From positions 48,732,001 through 48,796,000 of the forward strand of contig OZ287756.1 of NCBI GenBank assembly GCA_965649765.1: a stretch of 64,000 bases of DNA, read 5' to 3'. A program made the position numbers and the translations under genes. Under the pieces are notes generated by a model. The model was not told where the DNA came from and made no database searches. It saw only the letters and a list, made by a program, of their open reading frames with translations. The stretch comes from Bispira polyomma. Its lineage: Eukaryota. Positions 49,672 to 61,414 of the stretch are shown here, one piece after another. The first letter of the stretch is position 1; every line of letters starts with the position of its first letter.

Positions 49672-52370
49672 TATGTGAAGGAAAATTGTCTCTATCGGAA
49701 TTAAGTCTAGTATTAAAAAATATGAATAATGGTAAATCACCAGGTACAGATGGTTTCTCGGCAGAGTTTTACAAATTTTTTTGGAAGGATCTTGGTATGT
49801 ATATTCTAAATAGTTTAAATGAAGCTTTTGCAATAGGGGAGCTATCTATCACACAAAAACAGGGCATTATAACTTTATTACCTAAAGGAGATAAACCAAG
49901 AGAATTTTTAAAAAACTGGAGGCCAATATCTTTGCTAAATGTAGATTATAAATTACTGTCGGATGTTATGGCCCAGCGAATGAAAAAGCTTCTACCAGGT
50001 ATTATCAATGAGGAGCAAAAAGGTTTTTAAAAAAAAAGATACATAGAGAAAAACATTAGAACTCTGTATGACACAATGAGATACCTTGACGAAAAGCGTA
50101 AGCTGGGAATGTTACTTCAAATTGATTTTGAAAAAGCCTTTGATTGCATTGAATGGCCATACATAAAATCTCTATTAGTAAAGTATAACTTTGGAGAGGA
50201 TTTCAGAAAATGGTTTGACATTCTTTATAAAAATTCTTGTAGCTGCATAATAAACAATGGATTTTTTTCAGAATTCTTTAAATTGGGTAGATCCTGCAGA
50301 CAAGGTGACCCACTTAGCCCATATCTGTTCATTTTAGCCATAGAACCTTTATCTAAAAAAATTATAACGAATCAAAATATTAGGGGTGTTTCAGTTGGTA
50401 ATGAAGTTATTAAAATTGCACAGTATGCGGATGATACTTTTTTACTGTTAGATGGTACTGAAAACTCACTTATTGAAACTGTGTCGGTTATAAATGACTT
50501 TTCATATTGTTCTGGTCTCTGTATTAATTTAGATAAAACTCAAGCAGTATGGCTAGGTACAGGTAAAAATTCTAGAACAGTTATTTGTTCAAATTTAAGA
50601 CTTAATTGGGTGAATAAATTCACAGTGCTCGGTATAATTTTTAGTGTTGATCTTGATGACGTCGAAAATTTAAATTATGAGAAAAGATTAAATGAACTAG
50701 GAAGACTCTTCAAAGTATATAGTTTATATAACCTATCTTTAGTGGGGAAAATTAAAACCTTGGGGTTACCAAAGTTAGTATACTTAATGTCAGTTTTACC
50801 CAATCCAAGTACTGATATTATACGAAGAATCAATACTTTAATACAAAACTTTATCTGGAATGGTAAAGGTCAGATTAATTTAGCACAATTGGAAAAAGAT
50901 ATACCAAAAGGAGGCTTAAAGCTTACTAACATACAAATGTTCAACAGAGCATTGAAACTGAGCTGGGTTAAACGATTGGTTGAGACTGGTGGAAATTGGC
51001 AGACTCTCTTCGAGGTGACTTCTGGTTTGAATCGAAAACATGTATGGGAACTTGATACACAGTCTCTATTGGAGATAGAACAAAAAAACAAAAATATTTT
51101 CTGGAAAGATGTAAAATCAAGTTGACGCTATTTTCAAGGGCAGTTTGTTCAAGAGATTGACCCAAGAACACTTCCAATTTTTGGGTCCAGTTACCTATGT
51201 AATTCAAATTTACTACAGAAAAGAAAATCTTTTGAAGAAGCTGGTCTGCTATATTTCAAGGACCTATTTGATCAGAATGGACACCTGTATGGTTTTGAAA
51301 CATTCACTCGCCTCTACAAGGTGAACATAAATTTTGTAGAATTTTATAGTTGAACCCATAGTATTCCCAGAAAATGGAGAAACTGTGGCAGAACTGACAG
51401 CCCAGATGATGTTTGTCGAGAGCCTTTAGAAACTTTGCTTAAAATGAATGAAGAATGTAGAGCCTCGTATAATATTATGATGTAGACTTTCAGAGAGCCC
51501 ATTTACAAAAATGGAATTAAATTTTTGGAACAGAGATTTCAGAATCGGATTGGGAATTTTATCACTCTTATTATTTTCAAGTGTACCATAAATAGAAAAT
51601 TAGAGCTTTCCAATATAGGTTACTATTAAGGGCAATTCCGACAAATAGATATCTTGATTTTTGTAAATTAAGTCATACTGATAAATGCTATTTCTGTGGG
51701 ATAGAAACTGAGACAACAGAACATCTATTTTGGGATTGTATTATTGTTAAAAATTTCTGGTTGAGAGTATTTGATTATTTTAAGGAAATATTTTGTATAA
51801 AGGATATTTTAATCGGAAAATATATACTTTTGGGATATAAAAATAGTACGCATGACTTGTTGATTAATCATATATCAGTAATTGTTAAACAGTATATCTA
51901 TAGCACAAAATGCTTAGAAAAAACACTACAGTTTGATTTTCTAATAAATAAAATTGGTTTCCACTTGAAATTAGAGCAAATAATAGCACAAAGAACAGAG
52001 AAATCTATTGATCTATTTAATCAGAAATGGGGTCCAGTTTTAAATAAGCTGATATCAGCATAGATTTTTGCTTAATTGTGTTGGTGCAGTGTTTATAGTT
52101 TTTGTATTTTATCACCGATGTTGTGAAAAAAAAAAAGTTTATTTCCTATGGCGAGACGTTATAGTGATAATTAGATTGGAGTAAGGGGAATTTTTTGTCA
52201 TAACTTGAAACTTAATTTGTTTTTCTGTTGTTTTTTTTATGGAGTGTTAAAATGCATCCTGCGAGATGTAATTTTTTGTGAAAGCCACAGAAAGAGGTTT
52301 TGTAACCCCTTTACTCCTGATGGTATTGAGAATTTTTAAATGGGGAATAAACTATATAAAAAAAAAAGAA
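49672..52370 (+). mobile_element. 5'-truncated L1/Tx1-clade LINE (RT plus CCHC), frameshifted, with poly(A) tail
   Basis: KSPGTDG, WRPISLLNVDYK, IDFEKAFD, RQGDPLSPYLF, QYADD, CYFC..ETTEHLFWDC; AATAAA at 52346 and A-tail; 15-bp TSD GTGATTTATTAATGG at 49657-49671 and 52371-52385. Confidence 0.92.
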
Positions 52371-52690
52371 GTGATTTATTAATGGAGCATTTTCTCTATT
52401 TAATACTCCTAATAGGAAGTTTTCATATGAAAAGTTATTATTCCAATATTCCAATTTGTTAATTGCAATTGAAGAAAGGAAACAAAGAGATGGCAGTGTT
52501 GTTTTGTAACCCTCTTTAACAAGACTAGATAGGACTTTGATTGCACTTGGATTTAATGGCAGTGTGTGTTAGCATGTAAAGTAGCCGACACTCTTGTGAG
52601 GAGTACACTAATTGCTAACATAGTGACTGTACAGTTTGAGTTTTGAAATAAACTGTTAACTTGCCAGTATTTGTGAGAGATAGTGTATAG

Positions 52691-52698
52691 TATATAAA
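52691..52698 (+). promoter_or_regulatory. TATA box of paralogue C
   Basis: TATATAAA, paralogous to 44199. Confidence 0.55.
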
Positions 52699-52812
52699 TC
52701 AGGGCTACAGTGGGATCCAACATCACTTGCTTATTGGTCTTTAGTATTAACAGAGAAATTTAAAGTAAAGAAGAATATAGCTCAATTATAAAAGTACTTC
52801 TGCAAAGTGAAG

Positions 52813-53672
52813 CAGGGTTCGCGCTTACGGCGTCCGAGTATCTAAAAACGCAAAATTTTCGTCAGCGGACGCAAATTAAAACATACAATGCGTCCATTAG
52901 GACGCAGATTTTATTTGAAAGTAAGAAATCGCCATTTTCCCTTTTTAATTTTTATATATTTTGAAGTTTAATCACAGTTTCTAGCGATTTAGCAAAAATT
53001 GCAGGTCTTGATGTTTTGATTTGGTTCTTCCGGTCGTGGCGTTTTGAATGGGTAGTTTCTAAAACCCAAAATTCTGTTAGGGCCTAGGTGATACGAAAAT
53101 TGCCCAACTTTTTTTAATTTACAGTTCAAGTACCTAAACTTTATTTTATATTATAATTATGTAACTTAATGGTCAATAAAGCTTCAAAATCAACTTGTTT
53201 TATCCTATTACACCACTGAGAAACAGCTTATTTTGGGGGGGATTTTTTTGTTTTTTTGTTAAGCTACAGCTTATTTGTTAGATATTTAGTATAATTATAT
53301 GGGTAACATTTGTTTCTTTGGTGTTAAATTATATATTTGGATGTAGAAATATCATATTTGTAATGTTTAACTTAAATTTTTATATCTTATGGCTTACATT
53401 GGTTTGTTTGATGTTGAATTATATATTTGGATGTAGAAGTATCAATATTAAATTTGTAGTGTTTGACTTAAATTTTCATATTCTATGTTAATATATTCTG
53501 TTGTTTGATAAGTGTGGAAATACAATAGTATATATTTTATTATTTTTAAATTATTTTTGTCTCAAAAATGAAAATTATCTATCGGATGCGTGGAAGCTAC
53601 TCCGGGACCCCACTTTTTGTGAGAGGTGGGGTTCCCAAAACCCCACTTTAAAAAATCCTAGCGCCAACCCTC
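52813..53672. mobile_element. hAT-like MITE with 5-bp TSD (copy B), in the 5' UTR of paralogue C
   Basis: TIR CAGGGTTCGCGCT / AGCGCCAACCCTc; TSD TGAAG at 52808-52812 and 53673-53677; the empty site is visible in paralogue B at about 44321-44340. Confidence 0.88.
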
Positions 53673-53777
53673 TGAAGACAGGATATTTGAAAGATTCTAC
53701 TTAATCTATTTGAAAAATTCCACTCAATTTATTTGAAAGATTCCACTCAATTTATTTGAAAGATTCTATAATCAAAG

Positions 53778-54817
53778 ATGGCTGCTTTGTTGAATACAGT
53801 AAACCAGATGGGGAAGTTGAGTGCCCCCCTCTGCGAAAACAGCCTGAGTTCAACTGCTGGAACAGCCAACCTCTCCTCCCACAACTACAGCTTTACCCCT
53901 TGTTCCTGTGCACAGAAGAAGTCTCAGAAAGTGCACCGACTGACCCCCAGGAGGTGCATGCCCACCTCGAGTCTAGTACCCACCCTCACTGACCTGGAGG
54001 ACATGAGCCGCATTGAGATGACCAGTAGGAATGGCTCAGTGGAGAGCTTAACCAGTGACTCTGGTGTGTGTTGTGACCTGACTATTGGACCTTTCTCTAG
54101 TACCATGGTGTACCCACAGAGGAGTACTCCGACCAAACAGGGGTACCAACCCACCACTCAAACAGTCTTAGACACTCAAGAGACCACCGTCCATCACCTC
54201 CAGTTTGACAGTAGTAGCGTGTTCTGTGAGGAGGATCATTCTCAGCTCAGCATGGATGAGGTTACCATGGTGATGTCAGCTCTATCTACACCAGAGAAAG
54301 TCGTCCTGAAGAGAGCCATCTCAGACACAGTCAGCTCAGTACTGAACTTCAATGACTCTTATGACTCTATGGCTTTAGAGGTGGGATCCCTGTATAGTAG
54401 TCTACAACAGACAAACTCCTCACACATCAACTCTCCACCATTAGGAGCCAGACCTCCTTGTATTGGGAAAGAAGCCAGTCCTCAGAAAGAGACCAGTACT
54501 GTGAAGAAAGAGCTTCCTTACCTGAGCACTACTCCTTGTACTAAATGTTCAGCCAGTAAACCAGTGGTCAGGTCATCCATTAGGTTCTCACCAGCCAGAC
54601 CAAACACAAACAAGTGTTTACAAGTGTCTGTGGATTCTGATGTGACCTCTTTCATGGAGAAGCCACTGAGCAGGGAGGCGGTCACTAAGGAAGTTGTTGT
54701 TACCATGGAGAAGTCCAAGAAGAGGTCCATCTTGAGTAAACTGAAGAAATATGTAAACAACTGCAGAGGAAATCTAGTGAGAGTTGTGGAGAGATGGAGA
54801 CATTGGCTGTGTTGTAG
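53778..54817 (+). CDS. ETLAVL-family paralogue C (1-bp deletion at about 54751 frameshifts the C-terminus)
   Basis: 347-aa ORF; aaatatgtaaa versus aaatactgtaaa in B and D; the out-of-frame EMETLAVL* ends at 54817. Confidence 0.7.
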
Positions 54818-56676
54818 ATGACTGGTAGTGCTTATAGTGTAGTCTGTATATATTGTTGTTATATCATGCCTTTGTTGATTTACTCGTTGTTAATTTAATC
54901 AGCTGTTGTCATGCCTTATTAGAAGCATGGCACTGCAATGTTATGTTGTTATCTACTGGGACACAGTGCAATAATAAACTGATATATGACAATTGTAGTA
55001 GTTTTGTCTGTTTCTATCTTCTTGTAACTCCACATAATATACAGTTAAACCCTTTGAAGTTCAAGGGACCAGCAGAAAAACCTCCACTTTTCACTAACCA
55101 GGGTACATTTTAAAGGAAACAGCCTTTCTGGGACTTTTGTTTTTCTCCACATGATTAGGAAATTGACTGAACAGAGTTATACTTAAAGGAGATTGACTGT
55201 ACATTTGTTGGATTCATATTCACCAATGACAGAGTCTTGTGAATGAATCAATATAAGTTATATAGTCTAATAATGATCTCCCTGTTTAATATACTATTTA
55301 AATTAGTCAGCTAAGACACCATTATACCAAGAAATGAAACCCAAGTCACACCCAGTAGTTCACAATGGTCATTTTGTGGATTTAGGTTGTACATAGACAT
55401 CATGTATGATACAAATATAGACACCATCATATATTCTTATAAATATAGAATTAAATAAAAATTCATTTGCACTGATGACGCAATACAACTCCCTCGCAAT
55501 CAAAAAGTTAACAACTCCCTCGCAATTAAACCATTGAATCTTCACAAGCACAATAACTAAAGATCCACACAATATAATTTAAAATACAAGGGCAGTAGTT
55601 TTTTTATACATAGGAATTTAAAAGCAAGAAATCCTGGCCTTTGGCTATTTTAGTCAGTTAAGTCGCTCTCCCTCATTACTATTGTTAGGACTTAATTAAG
55701 TAAAAAGTTTTGTTGACAAAAGTTTTTAGTTGGTCAACTTTTATTAGTACTGTAAAACCCATCCTTCATCAAGTCTACTGCCAACTTTTCCACATGCATG
55801 CTTGGGCTGAGATTTGAACCCATGACTGCAGAGGTGAGAGGTCATCGTAAGTGTTACTACTGAGGATTAAAACCTGCCACTGTAGCCTAGTGGGTAACAC
55901 TCACCTAGGAACACAGAGGACCTGATTTTATGCCAGTCTGGGTAGATACAGTCTTCAGTAAGGGGAATGACAGTGACTGGTATTGGTTGGCTGGCGGTAC
56001 ATGAGCATTCAGGTTAATTAGCAACTTGAAATACAATGTTTGTGTTTGTCCTGTGATAATTGTCCGCTGCCTTGTGCTGTAAGTGTTCTGTGGAGTCTTG
56101 TGTCCTTTTGTCTAACTTGAAATACCGGATAAAGGTAGATAAATGACTTGAGTATAAGTTTGAATACAGTACAGTAAACCTTTATGCAGTATGATGGTCA
56201 CATAGCCTTCTTGTGCACAAATAGACAACACAATACTTTTTTGAGATAATCGTGCCTTAAAGATCTTTTATACACTATGGTCTCAGGTAATTTTTGTTGG
56301 TATCTTTTGTTATTTCATGTACTTGAGGCATTGGGGTCATTGTTTCCAACTAGTTTGACCCTAAATCTTGGGAGTATGACCTTGATCAATATAAACTAAA
56401 ATATATCCCGCTATTGTTAAGGATGTTTGTTGTTTGACACTGATATTTATGGAGGATGTAATTTGTTGGTCACTCTTATCAAGCCACAGTAGTATTCTCT
56501 ACTCTGTAGCTTTGGGTTTTCATTTTCTTTTGACATGAAAATTAGTGCTTTGAATACCACTTCAATTTAAATCTAACAACTATTCATTCTAACATGACAC
56601 GGCTGTCTCCGCGATTCTGATTGGCCGACATAAATTTGAAGTTAGTTTTATTGTTTTTTTTATATTTTGTCATGTT

Positions 56677-56828
56677 AGAATAGGAATTACACACTCCAAA
56701 GCATGGTATACGCAGAATTTAACCATTCTTCAAAGATTAGACCCACTCAGGCTCCGCCTTCGTGGGCCTAAACCTTGAATCATGGTAAAATTCTGCGTAT
56801 ACCATGCTTTATCGTAGGTTATTCCTAT
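56677..56828. repeat. About 150-bp palindromic (hairpin) element
   Basis: ataggaat..aaagcatggtatacgcagaattt..cca..ggctccgcc..tgg..aaattctgcgtataccatgcttt..attcctat. Confidence 0.75.
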
Positions 56829-56834
56829 GGTCAA

Positions 56835-57072
56835 ATGAGAGGTTAGTGAAATGAGATGTCAGTGAAATAAGAGGTCAGGGAACGAGAGGTCAGTGAAATG
56901 AGAGGTCAGCGAATGAGAGGTCAGTTAAATAAGAGGTCAGTAAAACAAGAGGTTAGTGAAATGAGAGGTCAGTGAATGAGAGGTCAGTGAATGAGAGGTC
57001 AGTGAAATGAGAGGTCAGTGAAATAAGAGGTCAGTGAATGAGAGGTCATTGAAATGAGAGGTCAGTGAAATC
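56835..57072 (+). repeat. 15-16-bp minisatellite (GAGAGGTCAGTGAAAT)n, about 15 units
   Basis: Directly visible tandem array. Confidence 0.9.
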
Positions 57073-58053
57073 AGAGCTCATTACACTGAATCAATACAGT
57101 AATATCTGGTATTCTAAGAGTGGACTCTTGGTCTAAAGTATACCGCACACAATATCAATTCTACATACTGACTACTCTTTGTCTCCGTTGTGAGTCCATG
57201 TAAATACTACAAAGGCACTCAGAAGAGTGTATACCCCCGCCAAGGTACCACAGTGCAACAAAAGCAAATATATGTATATAAATCCTTGGGCTGGTATTCA
57301 CAAAGACTCTTATTCTTAGATTTTTATTTTAACCATTTTGACTGGCTGAGTTTTTTTCAAACAATCTGATTGGCTGTACCTGAGAAGAATTGCATTCTAA
57401 GAATGTTTGTGAATATGACCCCTGGATTTGCCGCCCCTTCTACTCGGATCCATGTAAAAGTTGGAAGGTTTCTTTCTTGGCCACTGTTTTATCCACCCCC
57501 CAAAGTTTATGTATATCAGGCGAGTAGTGTTTGTGAAATTTAACCACGATACACAGGAAAATACAGAATCTCCTTCGCAGAGGTGATAATACTTAGAGAT
57601 AGAATACACTTGTACTCCATATTCGACATGTACTACATAAGGAAAAAGGATAAAACTTGTGCATATTGGGTATTGCAAAATATGAAGTATTATTAGAAAA
57701 ATCAAGCAGAGTTTACAGGATTACAATACTGCAATATCTGGAATAGCTGTCAAGAACTTGGAACCGTAAAAAGATGTTTGCACTATTTGGTACAGCTTAT
57801 GAGTATGGCCAAACAAAATGATAAAAGATAGAAGATGGTCATCCATATTTAGGAAAAAAGTGCACATATCAGCAGCATTGTGACTGACCACAGTGATTCT
57901 GTTATTATTGAGATCTGATGTTTATATATAATCAAGCTATCTACCCTTACAAAGGCTACGCAGTGGTCACACTGTAACCAGTAAGATATTTTTACAAGTT
58001 AGTTGGACCAATAATAAGTATGATGTTCAACTTTAAACTAGAGAAACACTTAA

Positions 58054-58932
58054 GGCTTTAGTAACGTAAACACACAATTACGCAGCCCGTATATTATGTT
58101 GCACTAAGGAAAATATTTTTACCAAAAGTACCCAATATAGCAACCTTAAAATAGGTCTTTACTGACAGTTTTAAGCAATTTTTTACATGCAAATACCATT
58201 TAAAAGTTCACTATTTGGTTGAAAAGTGGTTAAAACACCCATATAACGATCCTTGTGTTGTGATGTCACACAATTTGAAAATCCATGTAGAACGTCACAT
58301 TTGTAAACAAATCTCGGTGAGAGCCCTTTCTATTGTGACATAATATGGTTATTGATCCAGCATATATGATGACTTTATGTATTCTACCCCACTTTAGAAA
58401 ACATGTATATTGTTTTTAGTGATTTATATTTTTTAATATGTTTCCTTATTTTGTAAAAACAAAGAATACAAAATATGTTTCTGTTTAGAAGACTGTAACT
58501 TTAATGTTTTTATAAAATTATCCATGTTTTTGTGCTCTATTTGAAAAACGAATTCATTCAAAATATTGCTGATGTTTTCCTTTTTCTATTAATGTACAAT
58601 ACTTCAGTATTGATCCCTTCTTGGTATATGAATTGTGTCACGTTTGTGAAGCATGTACTTTAAAAATATTACCCATTTTAGTTACAATATTACACACTGC
58701 TGTATGTATTGTATGTCTCAAGATACCTATTAAAGTGATACGTAAAATATATGAATTGGTATATAATTAAAATATATGTCATTCTTTATTATTTCTACTC
58801 AAGAAAATGTAAATATATTATCCATAATTCGAGTTTAAGGCCACAAAGTAAAAGTTATGCAGTTTCTGAGAAGCTCAAGCACACATAACGTGGTTATTGG
58901 CGATCGTTTTTTGTGTTTACGTTACTAAAGCC
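58054..58932. mobile_element. Kolobok-like MITE
   Basis: Perfect 21-bp TIR GGCTTTAGTAACGTAAACACA; TTAA TSD (58050-58053, 58933-58936); RR..YY ends. Confidence 0.8.
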
Positions 58933-59765
58933 TTAAGGAATTTAACCTCTAAAACTTTTCAAAATCTCACGGACAATATTTATGGCTATTCATTTTCCCA
59001 AAAAAAAAGTAATGTCAGCAACTAATGTCAGACCTAAAAATGTAAACCATTGAGATGGAAAGAGTCAGAATGTAATAAGAGGTGACCTTAGCTTGATCTC
59101 TGTGCTTGTTCCTTGCTAATGAGTCAATGTTATATTTTAAAGATAAAGTGATTGCATCATAATGCCATCGTTTAGGTTAAGTATGTACTAAACCCTGGAA
59201 ATTAATGATCTAAAGAGTTTTAAAAATAATTAATAGTAATTGAACTGGATAAATATGTCTACAATAGAACCTGACTTTGTATCGATAATACAATGTTCGT
59301 ACAGGAATTGCTATTGAAAAGGGAAATAAGGCTAAAAATAAATGGAAGTAAAAGTTTATACTTAAACATAACATTTTATTTTAACAATTATAAATATATA
59401 CACATTATATACTAATTTACACAAGTTCATATAATAGGATTGCTTTTTTACACAAATTTACATCATGGTAAATAAATTGAGAAAAGACTGCCTCACAGTT
59501 CCAGTATTGCACTCAACCCAACAACTAAAAACAAAAACAATATTGCACTGAATTTCCTCAGCCTGTTAACAATACTGTATAATATTAACAAGTCAAATCA
59601 ACAAACACCTGGCATGTGGGTCAACAAACAAACTACATATAAACAAGCAATGTGTCTTTTTTTTTTACAACACAGCCAATGTCTCCATCTTTAGCACAAC
59701 TTGAGTAAATCAATAACAGCATAATAACAATATATACAGACTCCAGTATAGACACTAGCAGTCAT

Positions 59766-61235
59766 TTACAACACAGCCAATGTCTCCATCTCTCCACAAC
59801 TCTCACTTGATTTCCTCTGTAGTTGTTTACAGTACTTCTTCAGTTTACTCAAGATGGACCTTTTCTTGGACTTCTCCATGGTAACCACAGCTTCCCTAGT
59901 GACTGTCTCCCTGCTCAGTGGCTTCTCCATGAAAGAGGTCACATCAGAATCCACAGACACTTGTAAACACTTGTTTGTGTTTAGTCTGACTGGTGAGAAT
60001 TTACTGGACTTAATGGATGACCTGACCACTGGTTTACTGGCTGAACATTTAATACAAACACAACCTGCTGAGGTAAGGAAGCTCTTTCTTCACAGCACTG
60101 GTCTCTTTCTGAGGACTGGCTTCTTTCCCAATACAAGGAGGTCTGGCTCCTAATGGTGGAGAGTTAATGTGTGAGGAGTTTGTCTGTTGTAGACTACTGG
60201 GATTATACAGGGATCCCACCTCTAAAGCCATAGAGTCACATGAGTCATTGAAGTTCAGCACTGAGCTGACTGTGTCTGAGATGGCTCTCTTCAGGACGAC
60301 TTTCTCTGGTGTAGATAGAGCCACCATGGTAACCTCCTCCATGCTGAGCTGAGAATGATCCTCCTCACAGAACACGCTACTACTGTCAAACTGGAGTTGA
60401 CAGACGGTGGTCTCTTGAGTGTCTAGGACTGTTTGAGTGGTGGGTTGGTACCCCTGTTTGGTCGGAGTACTCCTCTGTGGGTACACCATGGTACTAGAGA
60501 AAGGTCCAATAGTCAGGTCACAACACACACCAGAGTCACTGGTTAAGCTCTCCACTGAGCCACTCCTACTGGTCATCTCAATGCGGCTCATGTCCCCTAG
60601 GTCAGTGAGGGTGGGTACTAGACTCGGGGTGGGCATGTACCTCCTGGGGGTTAGTCGGTGCATCTTCTGAGACTTCTTCTGTGCACAGGAACAAGGGGTA
60701 AAGCTGTAGTTGTGGGAGGAAAGATTGGCTGTTCCAGCAGTTGAACTCAGGCTGTTGTCGCAGAGGGGGCACTCAACTTCTGCAAAATACAATTAGATAT
60801 AATTAAGTAAAATGTCTAATATAATTAAATACTAATCCATTCATACATGGCATTTGGTATAAATAATGCGAACCACTTACTATTTTACAAGAATTTTTTA
60901 TAAAGTTAATGTGTAAGTATATATCTTTAAATAAGTTAAATTGTTAGATATATAGAATGTAAGAGTAATTTGTCTGTTATATTTCAAACAGTTAACTGTT
61001 TTTCCCCCACTCTATTTGGTGTACTCTTTACTTTGAATATAAATAACATTTTAATATTTTAATAAATATAAGAAAAACAAACAATTTCAATTTTTTGTTT
61101 GGTAAAACTTTGATATACAATTGGTGCAATAAATAAATATATCAAAGTAATACATTAAATAAATAGAAGTCTATTTGCCATTTTTGTTGGAGTTGTCCTC
61201 TTCCTGCAGTTATCTCTGTGACAAGTGGCAGCCAT
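59766..61235 (-). pseudogene. ETLAVL-family paralogue D (exon 1 61235-61179, exon 2 60779-59766; frameshifts at about 60767 and 60058)
   Basis: Body near-identical to B/C; acceptor gtattttgcag|AAGTTGAGT; upstream MAATCHRDNCRKRTTPTKM followed by GCAAAT (GC or mutated donor). Confidence 0.7.
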
Positions 61236-61406
61236 GATTTTAGTTGGATACTACAGTGTCTTTTTAAAAATTTATATAATTGTAATAAATGAACAACTAA
61301 TGAAGTAACTCTTGTAAATCTCTCTAGATATTCTCTTGTAATAAAACTATCTGTGTGTAATAAATAACAAGAAGCAACTGATGGAGAAGTAATCCAACTG
61401 CTCTAC

Positions 61407-61414
61407 TATTTATA
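61407..61414 (-). promoter_or_regulatory. TATA box (TATAAATA) of paralogue D
   Basis: Consensus TATA with TCAGTT Inr-like motif about 34 bp downstream. Confidence 0.5.

Noticed and set aside
39944-61235. Paralogue cluster nested in a BTBD8 intron
   Set aside because: Not supportable: a plausible terminal exon (39378-39433) and AATAAA signals near 39740-39796 precede the cluster, and no further BTBD8 exons were recognised
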